Assembly: GCA_964442185.1 (NCBI GenBank)
Contig: CAYTWT010000257.1
Span: 97,979 to 161,978 of the forward strand
Source of the DNA: an uncultured Acidobacteriota bacterium
GTDB taxonomy: Bacteria > Acidobacteriota > Vicinamibacteria > Fen-336
Length of the DNA: 64,000 nucleotides
Direction: 5' to 3'
Below, piece after piece: positions 10,209 through 19,013 of this stretch. Position 1 is the first letter of the stretch. Each line of letters opens with the position of its first letter. A program made the translations under genes and the position numbers. The notes beneath the pieces are model-generated. The model had not been told where the DNA came from. It ran no database searches and saw nothing but the letters and a program-made list of their open reading frames with translations.

Positions 10209-11335
10209 GGTCGCGGCCGCGGCACGAGCAGGCCGAAGAACGGCCCCGTCCGGATGCGGCCGAAGAGCCAGATGTCGAGCTTGAGCAAGAGCGTGAGGGC
10301 GCGGGCGATGGCCAGGACGACAGCGCCTGGAGGCGGAGCGCCGGCGCTCTCTTCGGCACGTTCGTGCGCAGCCTCGACGGCGTGGTCGTGAGACGCCTTG
10401 GCTCTCCGGCGCCGGGCCTGCTCCACGATCCGCAACAGCAGGTCCTCGATCACCGCCTTGAAGACGACGTTGTAGTAGCGACGCTGGGTCACGGAAAAGC
10501 CTGCGGTCGCAGCCAGAGCTTCGAAGTGCTCGTGGCTGCGGATCGGATTGAGATGATCGCTCTTCCGCATCGCCTCACGCTCGTAGTCGACTAGGCCGAG
10601 CTGACCGAGCCGCTTCGCCAGACGATTCACCCAGCGCTGGAACGAAGCGAGTTTCGACGACTCCATCGCGTGCGTGTACACGAACAGCCTGCCGGTGGGA
10701 CTGAGCGCCCGGCGCGCTTCGAGCAGAACCTCAGCGACGCCGGGCTCGTCGAGATGTTCGAGAACGTCGAGGCTGTAGGCGCACGGATAGGCGCCCTTGC
10801 GAAACGGCAGCCGGCGCAGATCACCCAGGACCAGGTCCACCTCGCGTGCCGCCCGAGGCAGGAAGAACGGCGCGACATCGACACCGGCGGCGTGGACGCC
10901 GCCCTGGCCGGTGAAGAGTGCGAACTTGCCGGCACCACAGCCCAGGTCGAGGACCGTCTCTCCCGGCGCCGGCCGCAACATGCCCAGCATCATTTCGATC
11001 TTGATCCTGGCCGACAGCACCGGCGTCGCGTCCGTGACGTGGAGGCGCTCGTGGAACTCATGGTCGGCGTACTGCGTGACCTCGCCGACACTGGTGCGCG
11101 GGACGAGATCGACATAGCCAGCTTTGCCGTTCACCACATAGGCGACGCCGCACGCGGGACAGCGCAATCCGGCTCCCGCGCTTTCGAGCCGGACCTTGTC
11201 GGGTCCGCCGCAGGGACATCCGGCTCGTCCGGCATAGTCGTCGGGCCCCTCTGATCTCCGCGTGCAGCGCCCACAGCCTGCGGCCTCGAGGCACAGCGGG
11301 CAGGCCAGGCGCTGGAGGAGCGCCTTCGAAATCAA
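10205..11335 (-). CDS. SAM-dependent methyltransferase with an N-terminal Trm112-like CxxC...CxxC zinc ribbon
   Basis: LACPLCLEAAGCGRC...LRCPACGVAYVV followed by VLDLGCGAGKF. The ORF-track N-terminal 122 aa run antisense of the neighbouring gene. I call a TTG at 11335-11333 overlapping TGA 11334-11332. Confidence 0.65.
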   Translation of the reverse strand: MISKALLQRLACPLCLEAAGCGRCTRRSEGPDDYAGRAGCPCGGPDKVRLESAGAGLRCPACGVAYVVNGKAGYVDLVPRTSVGEVTQYADHEFHERLHVTDATPVLSARIKIEMMLGMLRPAPGETVLDLGCGAGKFALFTGQGGVHAAGVDVAPFFLPRAAREVDLVLGDLRRLPFRKGAYPCAYSLDVLEHLDEPGVAEVLLEARRALSPTGRLFVYTHAMESSKLASFQRWVNRLAKRLGQLGLVDYEREAMRKSDHLNPIRSHEHFEALAATAGFSVTQRRYYNVVFKAVIEDLLLRIVEQARRRRAKASHDHAVEAAHERAEESAGAPPPGAVVLAIARALTLLLKLDIWLFGRIRTGPFFGLLVPRPRP

Positions 11336-12696
11336 GGACCCTCCCTGGCCAGCCGTTCGCGATCGGTCATGAAGAGCCACGCCGCTCGCCCGAGATGGCG
11401 CGGCACCTCGGTGAATTGGTTGATCGCCACGCGCGGCCATTCGAGCTGCTGCCGGTCCATCAGCTTCAGGCCGAACTGCGCCATCAGCGACAGGTTCCAC
11501 CAGACGAAGACGGCGACCACGGCGGCCGCTGTCGCCCTGCCGGCCCGCTGGATGAGCGGCGTCAGGAGCGTCGCGAGGCCCCATGCGAAGACGGGTGTCG
11601 CGGCGACGAAACGGCGGGAGCCGAAAGCGCCGGCCATGTGCCAGCTCTCGATCGAGCCATTGATCCAGATCTGGAGCAGCAGGCCCCCGGCGAGCAGCCA
11701 CACCGCGGGCTCACGGCGCCTCCGCGTGAGCAGGCCGAGACCCAGGACGCAGGCGAGCAGGATCGGGCTCCACAGGAAGAGCCCATGGCCCGGGTCGAAG
11801 AGCACTTCCAGGAAATGTGGGCTGGTGAGGCTCATCTTGCGCGTCACCAGCCGCGAGGGCCCCCACGCCCCGGTCAGCGTGCGGTAGGCCACGAACTGCG
11901 GAAAGAGGGCGAGCGCGGCTCCGGCGGCGAGGGCCAGGCCCCGGAGCAGGCCCGCGCGCCAGTCGCCTCGCCGCAGCACCTGCCATGCGAGATAGCCGGC
12001 GGGCATCGACAGGAACAGCACGTCCTGCTCGCGGACGAAGCCGGCGAGGCCGCCCGCGAGGCCCACGACAAAATAGTCAACGGGCCCGGCAGCTTCGCGC
12101 TCCGCGATTCGCAAGAACAACCAGACGAGCAGCGAGACGGCGAACAGCGACGGCGCGTGACCGAAGCCGGGCGCGATGGTCATGTAGTACAGAACCGGAG
12201 TCGAAAGCCACAGCCCCGCCACCGTCCACGTCGCCGCGGGCTCGCCGAAGCGGCCGTGGCGTCGCAGCGCGTCGTGGATGAGCAGCAGGCCGAGGAAAGC
12301 GTACACAGCGGAGGCGAGCGAGACGGCCGCGAGATAGGGCCAGGAAAAGCCGTCGGCGCTCACTCCGGCGCCGAGCGTGCGAGAGAGAAGCACGACGCCA
12401 TGGGCCGCGAGAAAGAACGGCGACCATAGGAACGCCGCGCCTAGCGGCGCGAAGTTGATGTGCCGGCCGCTACCCGGCTCGCGCGAATCTAGGAAGGTCT
12501 GCTTGAAGCCTTCGAGCCCGTGCGGAGCGCGCGCATAGAAGTACTGATACTCGTTCCCGAAATCGAGGTCCCCATCCAGGAGGAGCGAGCGCAAGGACGA
12601 GTAGTACTCGATCTCGTCGGCCGCCCGGATCCGCGGCGTCACGAGCGGCAGCGTCAAGACGAAGAGCCAGACGAGCGCGCGCCTTCCCGCTATCAC
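11332..12696 (-). CDS. Polytopic membrane protein, GT-C-like paralog 3 (short form, no C-terminal domain)
   Basis: EIEYYSSLRSLLLDGDLDFGNEYQYFY loop motif and multiple TM spans. GTG at 12696-12694 overlaps TGA 12695-12693 (verified). Confidence 0.65.
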   Translation of the reverse strand: MIAGRRALVWLFVLTLPLVTPRIRAADEIEYYSSLRSLLLDGDLDFGNEYQYFYARAPHGLEGFKQTFLDSREPGSGRHINFAPLGAAFLWSPFFLAAHGVVLLSRTLGAGVSADGFSWPYLAAVSLASAVYAFLGLLLIHDALRRHGRFGEPAATWTVAGLWLSTPVLYYMTIAPGFGHAPSLFAVSLLVWLFLRIAEREAAGPVDYFVVGLAGGLAGFVREQDVLFLSMPAGYLAWQVLRRGDWRAGLLRGLALAAGAALALFPQFVAYRTLTGAWGPSRLVTRKMSLTSPHFLEVLFDPGHGLFLWSPILLACVLGLGLLTRRRREPAVWLLAGGLLLQIWINGSIESWHMAGAFGSRRFVAATPVFAWGLATLLTPLIQRAGRATAAAVVAVFVWWNLSLMAQFGLKLMDRQQLEWPRVAINQFTEVPRHLGRAAWLFMTDRERLAREGP

Positions 12697-13880
12697 AGCA
12701 CTTCCTCGATCGCCGCGAGGATCGCTTTGGCCCGCGCGTCCCACGAATAGCGCGGGGCCGCTTCCCAGCCGGCACGGGCGAGGCGTTCGGCCAGATCCCG
12801 ATCTTCGAGCAGACCCTGGATGGCCGCCGCGAGCGCCGCGGGTTCGCCCGGCGGCACGAGCCGCGCGGTTTCGCCCTCGCGCAGGATCTCGCGGCTGGAG
12901 GGGAGATCGGTCGCGACGATCGGCCGACCCGCGGCGAGGGCTTCGAAGAGTTTGATCGGAGAAGTGTGGCGCTCAGTCATGGCGCTCTTCAGGAACGGAA
13001 CACAAACGACCGAGGCCCGGGCCAGCTCCTCCGCGACCCGCGCCTGAGGCACCATGCCCGGCATCTCGGTCCGCTCAGCGAGGCCGCGCGAGCGGACCAG
13101 AGCGCGGATCCGCGGCAGGTCGGCCTCGGTCTCCATCCCGCCGAGGATCACGAGGCGCGCATCGGGAACCTGCGCCATCGCCTCGACCAGCACGTCGACG
13201 CCTTTCCAGGGGTAGAGCTGTCCCGCGTACACGACCCTGGCCAAAGAACGATCCGGTGGCGTGAAGTGGCGAGCCTCGGCCACATCGCAGCCGTTGGGGA
13301 TCACGTGGACGCGCTGGCGCGGGCCGAAGGCTGCCTGGAAGCTGTCGCGGATGCCCGCGGTGGTGGCCACGAACGCCGCCGCGCCCTTCCAAACGCGGCG
13401 CTCGCGCTTGACCAGGCGTCGCGCCTTGCGGGGGTTTGGACTCTCGCCGGTGCCGTAGATCGCGCCGCGCTCGCCATACAGCAGCGACTCTACGGCGTGA
13501 GCCTCGTAGAGCACGGGCCCGTGCGCGAAAGCAGTGAGTCCGAGCAGCAGATCGGCGAGCTGCAGGTCCCGCGTGTAGACGACGGCCGCACGACCGGCCA
13601 CGGCCGCCGCCGTGGTCCGCGCGAGGAACGTGAGGCGGGGCAGCGTAAAGGAGCCAGTGCGGTGGCTGACCGATAGCCGCCGCACCTCGAGGAGCTTGTG
13701 TGGCGCAACAGCGTAGAGGGCGAGGATCTCGTCGGTAGGCCGCGGGTCGCTCTGGCGCACGAGCAGCGTCGTGTGCGTTCCGGCGCGCGCCAGGGCAGCC
13801 GCCGTCTTCACGATCTGCACGCCGTTCGCGCGCGGCAACGGGAAGCGGATGTCGGCCGGCATCAGCACACTCGGGCGCAT
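12693..13880 (-). CDS. Glycosyltransferase family 4
   Basis: GT4 C-terminal motifs (VVCVPFLKSAMTERHTSPIKLFEALAAGRPIVATD). The start is placed at the internal Met (MRPSVLMPAD) 10 nt after the upstream stop. Confidence 0.7.
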   Translation of the reverse strand: MRPSVLMPADIRFPLPRANGVQIVKTAAALARAGTHTTLLVRQSDPRPTDEILALYAVAPHKLLEVRRLSVSHRTGSFTLPRLTFLARTTAAAVAGRAAVVYTRDLQLADLLLGLTAFAHGPVLYEAHAVESLLYGERGAIYGTGESPNPRKARRLVKRERRVWKGAAAFVATTAGIRDSFQAAFGPRQRVHVIPNGCDVAEARHFTPPDRSLARVVYAGQLYPWKGVDVLVEAMAQVPDARLVILGGMETEADLPRIRALVRSRGLAERTEMPGMVPQARVAEELARASVVCVPFLKSAMTERHTSPIKLFEALAAGRPIVATDLPSSREILREGETARLVPPGEPAALAAAIQGLLEDRDLAERLARAGWEAAPRYSWDARAKAILAAIEEVL

Positions 13881-13890
13881 CGCGTCCTGT

Positions 13891-15000
13891 TCACGTCCGA
13901 AGCGCTTCCTCATAGAGCGCCAGATAACGCTGCACGACGCCGGGGAGGCGGAAGCGCTCCGCAATCAGCCGCGCGCTCTCAGCACCCGTCCGCCGAGGCG
14001 AGGCCAGGGCCGAGAGAATCGCGCCTGAGAGCGCCGCGGGATCGGCTTTCGGGACGATGGTCACGTCTTCGCCAAAAAGTGCGCCTAGTTCGACGCCGCC
14101 CGGGTTGTCGGTCGAAACCACCGGTGTTCCGCAGGCGAGGGCTTCCAGGGCCACGGTCGGCGTCGCTTCCAGGACCGAGGAGAGCGCGAAGACGTCAGCC
14201 GTGGCCTGGAGCCGCGCCACGTCCTCGTTCGGGACGAGGCCAAGGAAGCGGACGGCGTCGCCGAGGCCGAGGCGCGCGGCCTGGGCTCGAAGCTCAGCTT
14301 CTTTCTCGCCCACGCCGGCGATAAGCAGGAGAGCGTCGGGCCGCGTGAGGCGGACGCGGGCCATCGCCTCGATCAGCGTAGCCTGGTCGGCGAGCGGATG
14401 CAGGCGTTTGACGTTGAGGACGAGCGCCCCGCCTCCGGGAAGATACTCCTGACGCAGGACCGCGCGCTCCGGCTCCGGGAGTGGCTTGAAGGCATCGGCC
14501 ACGGGCGGGTAGACGACCGACGCCGCTCGCATCGGCACGCTCAGCTCGCGGGCGCGCGCGAGCAGCGCCTCGCTGTAGAGGGTGACGTGGCGCGCGCTGG
14601 CGTTCAGGCGCCGGAAGGCCGCGTTCTTGCCGTCGTGGTGCCAGATCTCCGTCCCGTAGTGGGTGACCACGTAGGGCCGCAGGTGGCGTTCGGCGAGGCG
14701 GGCCACGACTTGGTTCATCCAGGTGTTGGAGTGGATGTGAACGACATCCGCCCGTTTCACCGCGGGAGCGCCCTTGAGCCACGTCTCGGCCGCTTCCAGG
14801 GCCTGGGGCAGGCGCGTCCTTCTCAGGCGGCGCGAGCGACGCCGGACGAAGCTCACCTCCTCGCGATCGGCTTCGCGGCCGAAGGTCAGGAAGCCGACCC
14901 CGTGTCCGCGCGCGCGCAGGCCCTCGCCGAGGAGGTGCGGCAGCAGGGCGTTGGCCGCCTGGTGCGGCGGCAGGTGCGGCGTCACCATGAGGATTCTCAT
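13891..15000 (-). CDS. Glycosyltransferase family 4
   Basis: MRILMVTPHLPPHQAANA...EATPTVALEALACGTPVVSTDNPG. The start is taken at the internal Met; the ORF-track N-terminus is an extension. Confidence 0.7.
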   Translation of the reverse strand: MRILMVTPHLPPHQAANALLPHLLGEGLRARGHGVGFLTFGREADREEVSFVRRRSRRLRRTRLPQALEAAETWLKGAPAVKRADVVHIHSNTWMNQVVARLAERHLRPYVVTHYGTEIWHHDGKNAAFRRLNASARHVTLYSEALLARARELSVPMRAASVVYPPVADAFKPLPEPERAVLRQEYLPGGGALVLNVKRLHPLADQATLIEAMARVRLTRPDALLLIAGVGEKEAELRAQAARLGLGDAVRFLGLVPNEDVARLQATADVFALSSVLEATPTVALEALACGTPVVSTDNPGGVELGALFGEDVTIVPKADPAALSGAILSALASPRRTGAESARLIAERFRLPGVVQRYLALYEEALRT

Positions 15001-15184
15001 GCGACTCTCAGGTAGGGGGCGTCTTGCGCCTCTGGGCAAAGGGAAATGGTACATCGGAAAGCGCTGTCGGCCAAAGAGTTCCAAGCCGACTGGGGCCCGG
15101 GCGCGAGGCCATGAGAGCCTCAGCCTCTCGGCCGGGCCTTCGGTTCCTTCCCGGACCGTCCGGAAGTAACATCAGGGCGCGGCT
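15001..15184. promoter_or_regulatory. Divergent intergenic region between the GT4 operon (minus) and the GT2 gene (plus)
   Basis: A 184-bp non-coding gap between the divergently oriented starts at 15000 and 15185. Confidence 0.4.
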
Positions 15185-16102
15185 GTGAGCGCGATCCCCG
15201 ACCTTTCCGTCGTCCTTCCTGTCTTCGACGAAGAGGCCAATCTGGCCGAACTGCACCGCCAGCTGACGGCGGTCCTCGGCGGGATCCCCGGCTCCTACGA
15301 GATCATCTTCGTCGACGACGGCAGCCGCGACGGCTCGCTCGCCCTCCTCCAGAGGCTGGCAGCTGCGGATCCCCACGTCGGCGTCCTCGCGCTCAGCCGC
15401 AACTTCGGCCACCAGCTGGCCCTGACCGCGGGCCTCGACCACGCCCGGGGCGCCGCGGTCGTGCTGATGGACTCCGACTTGCAGGACCCGCCCGAGCTGA
15501 TCCCGGAGCTGGTGGCGCGCCACCGCGAAGGTTACGAGGTCGTCTATGCCCAGCGCCGTGGACGCCCCGGCGAGTCGATGTTCAAGCGCGCCACGGCGTT
15601 CCTTTTCTATCGCGCGATCCGCGCCATCGGCAACGTGGACATCCCGCCCGACACCGGGGACTTCCGGCTCGTCTCGCGGCGCGTGGCGGACATCCTGGCG
15701 CACGTTCGAGAACGCCGCCGTTTCCTGCGCGGCCTCGTCACCTGGGTCGGTTTCCGCCAGGGGCGCGTGCTCTATGACCGGCCGCCGCGGAAAGGCGGCG
15801 AGAGCAAGTACGACGCGTCGCAGATGGTCCGGCTCGCGCTCCGCGCCGTCTTCTCGTTCAGCACCGCGCCGATCACGCTGATCGGGCTGCTGGGCCTCAC
15901 GGTGATCGCCGGTGCCGCCATGGTAGCGGTCGCGGGCGAGCTCCTGCCCGGAGCACTCCTGCTCGTCGGCGGCGTGCAGCTCGTTTCGCTCTGGATCCTC
16001 GGCCAGTACATCGCGGTCGTCTCCGACGAAGCCCGTCGTCGTCCGCTGTACCTGGTGCGGGAGCGCGTGAACCTTCAGGCGGCGCCGGCGAGCGAAGAGT
16101 AG
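15185..16102 (+). CDS. GT2 polyprenyl-phosphate glycosyltransferase (DPM1/ArnC/GtrB-like)
   Basis: VVLPVFDEEANL...IIFVDDGSRDGS...DSDLQDPPE followed by two C-terminal TM helices. GTG start at 15185. Confidence 0.8.
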   Translation: MSAIPDLSVVLPVFDEEANLAELHRQLTAVLGGIPGSYEIIFVDDGSRDGSLALLQRLAAADPHVGVLALSRNFGHQLALTAGLDHARGAAVVLMDSDLQDPPELIPELVARHREGYEVVYAQRRGRPGESMFKRATAFLFYRAIRAIGNVDIPPDTGDFRLVSRRVADILAHVRERRRFLRGLVTWVGFRQGRVLYDRPPRKGGESKYDASQMVRLALRAVFSFSTAPITLIGLLGLTVIAGAAMVAVAGELLPGALLLVGGVQLVSLWILGQYIAVVSDEARRRPLYLVRERVNLQAAPASEE

Positions 16103-17880
16103 GCCGCGACGTACTCCGCCCACTGGGCGAGGCCGAAGAGCACGAGGCCCGCCGCGACGAGCCCCGCGACCAACCGCCCGCCAGGCTCCCGGTCGGAAAG
16201 CTCCTCGAGGAACGCGCCGGTCGCCACGGCCACGAGCGGTGCTCCGAAGGTCTCCTCCTTCAGGTCCCGGAACAGCCCGCCGCCGAACGCCTTGAGGGCG
16301 ATCAACGTGGCGAGCGTCAGGGCGTAGGCGAGCAGGACCGAGAAGGCGGCCGGTCGCGCGCGCCGCTTGAGGACCACGAGCCCAGCGAGCGTCAAGAGCG
16401 GGTAAACCCAGCCGAAGAAGATCGGCACGCGCATCAGGGCGGCCACGGGGCCTCCCGCGGCCGGGCGCGGTGCGCCGCCGGGCGTCCCGGAAACGAGGGC
16501 CGGCACGATCTCCGTGACGAACGTGAGCGTGAAGGGCAGGTAGAGCCACGCCACGGTCAGCATCGCGGTCAGCGCCACGACGCCGATGAGGCGCGGCCAC
16601 AAGCGCCGCTCCCGCACCGCGAGGAAGGCAGTGAAGATAGGCACGTTGAACAAGCTCGAGATGTAGGTGACCAGTGCGGCGAAGCTCGCCGCGCCGAAGG
16701 CCGCGGTCCGCAGCCGGCCCGGCCGCGCACACAGCGCAGCGGCAGCCACGATCGCGAGCAGGTCGAGGAGGTGGCCGACGATCGTCGGGTACATGGCGAG
16801 CAGCAGCCGGCTGTGGAGCGGCGGCAGGGTGGCCGCGAGCAGTGCGGCGAGGACGCCGCGAGAGCCCGCAGCGCGGGCCAGCGCAAAGACGAGGAGCATC
16901 TCGGTGGCGGCGGCGAAGAGCGCGGCCTGTTTCAGCGCGACCTCGATCGCCTCGCGCCCCGAGAGCCAGGAAAACGGCACGAAGAACAGCGGCGAGTAGG
17001 GGAACACGTAGGCGCGGCCCGCCAGGATCCGCGGGTAGCCGGTGTTCACGATCTTCTGTGCGGTGATGCCGCGCGCGGCGAGGCTCCCCTCGGCCTCGGC
17101 GAATGCCATTGTGTAGCGGCCATGGTTGCGCACGTCGGGATAGAAGTAGCTGGGGCAGAACACGGCGGCGCCCTTGAGGACGTAGCCCGCGAGGAACAGG
17201 AGTGCCACGGCGCGCGTCCCGGATCGGCCCCGGAGGAGCCCTGCGGTCGCAATGGCAGAGGCCGTCGCAGGCCATGCCACGAGCGTCGTCACGTGGGCGC
17301 AGCCGAACGGATCGGCGGCGGCCCAGAGCGCGAGCCCGAGCGCCGCGCCCAGGCCGACCCACAGCGACGTCCCCGCGGCTAGCCCGGCGACGACCGCCGT
17401 GAGGAACACGCCCACGAGCAGCAGGCGGGGTCCGGCGAGGTCGGGAGCGAGGCCCAACGGGAGCCCCTCGAGGCGCAGCCAGTCGAGGGCGACACCCAGC
17501 CTCTCGGCCCCCGGAGCCTCGGCGTCGAACCGGATCGTCACGGGGCCGGGCGCTGCCACCACGTGCAGAAGCACCGTGCGGAAGCGGCCGGAAGTGGCGT
17601 CCATGGTCCGCTCCGGCCCGCCGCTGACGGAGACCCGTAGAGGTGTCGTCCCATCGACGAAGCGGGCGAAGCGCAGGGTCAGGAATCCCTCGCCTCCGCG
17701 AGTCACAAGCGGAAGCGCCAGCTTGGAGTGGTCGCGCGTCCAGCGGAAGGTGACCGGGGGCCGCTCCTCGCTCTCGGTGACCCCGGCGAGATAGCGACCC
17801 GTCGAGGGGCCGACGTCGAAGGCGAGCGTGCCACGCGCCAATGGCGCGAGCCGTAGCGCCGCCTCGCCGACGAGCAGCAC
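16075..17880 (-). CDS. Hypothetical large membrane protein: N-terminal soluble domain plus a polytopic region
   Basis: 601 aa with many hydrophobic segments and good GC3 codon bias. It overlaps the GT2 gene convergently by 28 bp. Confidence 0.55.
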   Translation of the reverse strand: MLLVGEAALRLAPLARGTLAFDVGPSTGRYLAGVTESEERPPVTFRWTRDHSKLALPLVTRGGEGFLTLRFARFVDGTTPLRVSVSGGPERTMDATSGRFRTVLLHVVAAPGPVTIRFDAEAPGAERLGVALDWLRLEGLPLGLAPDLAGPRLLLVGVFLTAVVAGLAAGTSLWVGLGAALGLALWAAADPFGCAHVTTLVAWPATASAIATAGLLRGRSGTRAVALLFLAGYVLKGAAVFCPSYFYPDVRNHGRYTMAFAEAEGSLAARGITAQKIVNTGYPRILAGRAYVFPYSPLFFVPFSWLSGREAIEVALKQAALFAAATEMLLVFALARAAGSRGVLAALLAATLPPLHSRLLLAMYPTIVGHLLDLLAIVAAAALCARPGRLRTAAFGAASFAALVTYISSLFNVPIFTAFLAVRERRLWPRLIGVVALTAMLTVAWLYLPFTLTFVTEIVPALVSGTPGGAPRPAAGGPVAALMRVPIFFGWVYPLLTLAGLVVLKRRARPAAFSVLLAYALTLATLIALKAFGGGLFRDLKEETFGAPLVAVATGAFLEELSDREPGGRLVAGLVAAGLVLFGLAQWAEYVAAYSSLAGAA

Positions 17881-19013
17881 GGCGGCGAGCGCTACGGCGA
17901 TCCTGGAAATCCGCTGTCGCAGTGTCGAGCCGCCTCCGCCTGGGCAGTCTAGGGAGAGCCCTCCGGGGTGTCAAAGGGCCGCGCCCCCTTCGGTGTGCTA
18001 TCGTCGCGCGTTCCAGAAGCGGAGGGCCGAACACGCTGAGCCTGGTCGCGTTCCGCGGCGCGATCGCCGCGGGCCTACTGCTGTTGGTGGTCTTCGCCGC
18101 GTTGCGCTACGCCTGGCGGGCCACGCCCCGCCTCGAGGCCGGCGCGCTGCCCGTCGCCCTATCGGTGGCCTGCGTGTGGCCCGTGGCGCTCGCGGCGACC
18201 CCCGGTCCGACACGATGTCTCTCGGGAATCGCCGACGATCCCCTGGCCTTCTTCGAAGCCTCGCCGTGTCCACCGGCCGAGCGCTTGCTGCTGTGGCCGC
18301 TTGCGGAACTCCTCGGCGAAGGCCTGGCGGCCACCGCCCTGGAGGCGGCGGCCGTGGGCGTGGCCCTGCTGCTCGTCCATGTGCTTGCGCGGGGGGCCTT
18401 GGCCTCGGCCGGCGCCGCGACCTTCGCGCAGGCCGGCCTCGCGCTCCTGTTCGTGACCGCGCTCGAGACATCGGCGGGCGTCGCGGTGACCCTTGCCCTG
18501 GAGCTTCTGTTCCTCGCACACCTTTTCCGCCGCTACGCGCACCTGGCCGGGGCGCGCGATGCGGCGGCCACCACGGCCTACGCGCTCGGCGCGCAGCTCG
18601 GGGGTGAAGGCGCGTCGCTCGACGTCGCCGTCCTGGTCAGCGTGTTCAGCCTCGTCGAGTTCCTGTGGGGTGTGCGGGGGTCCGCGCGGCGGCTGCTCGC
18701 CGGCTGGGCCATCGCGACGGCTGTCGTCGTGGCTGCCGGGGCCGCGCCGTGGCGTGGGCTCGTGTGGGCCGAAGCATCGCTAGAGCGCACCGCCACGGCC
18801 AGCCTGACCGCGGGTGGGCTGTTGGCCCTGATCGGCCTCGTCGCGACGACACAAATGGTGGCGGGCCGCAGGCGCCTGCTGGGGGCGGCGCTCGTGGCGG
18901 GCGTGCTGCGCCTCTCGACGGGCCCGCCGCTCATGCTGGTGGGGCCGCTGGCCGCCCTCGCCGCGCTCGGTCTGGAACGGATCGTGCGCGGGGCGAAGAA
19001 GCCTGCTGCCTAA
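17841..19013 (+). CDS. Hypothetical polytopic membrane protein (possibly Wzy-like); start uncertain
   Basis: About 10 hydrophobic helices, and the opposite-strand ORFs here are Arg/Pro-rich artefacts. The first ~60 aa are Arg-rich and overlap the divergent start of the 16075..17880 gene, so the real start may lie near 18030. Confidence 0.45.
   Translation: MARAVAPPRRRAARRRALRRSWKSAVAVSSRLRLGSLGRALRGVKGPRPLRCAIVARSRSGGPNTLSLVAFRGAIAAGLLLLVVFAALRYAWRATPRLEAGALPVALSVACVWPVALAATPGPTRCLSGIADDPLAFFEASPCPPAERLLLWPLAELLGEGLAATALEAAAVGVALLLVHVLARGALASAGAATFAQAGLALLFVTALETSAGVAVTLALELLFLAHLFRRYAHLAGARDAAATTAYALGAQLGGEGASLDVAVLVSVFSLVEFLWGVRGSARRLLAGWAIATAVVVAAGAAPWRGLVWAEASLERTATASLTAGGLLALIGLVATTQMVAGRRRLLGAALVAGVLRLSTGPPLMLVGPLAALAALGLERIVRGAKKPAA

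Noticed and set aside
15008-18034. 1008-aa minus-strand ORF spanning the GT2 gene and the membrane-protein gene
   Set aside because: Arg/Gly/Pro-dominated low-complexity translation overlapping two well-supported genes in other frames. This is the typical spurious long ORF of high-GC DNA.
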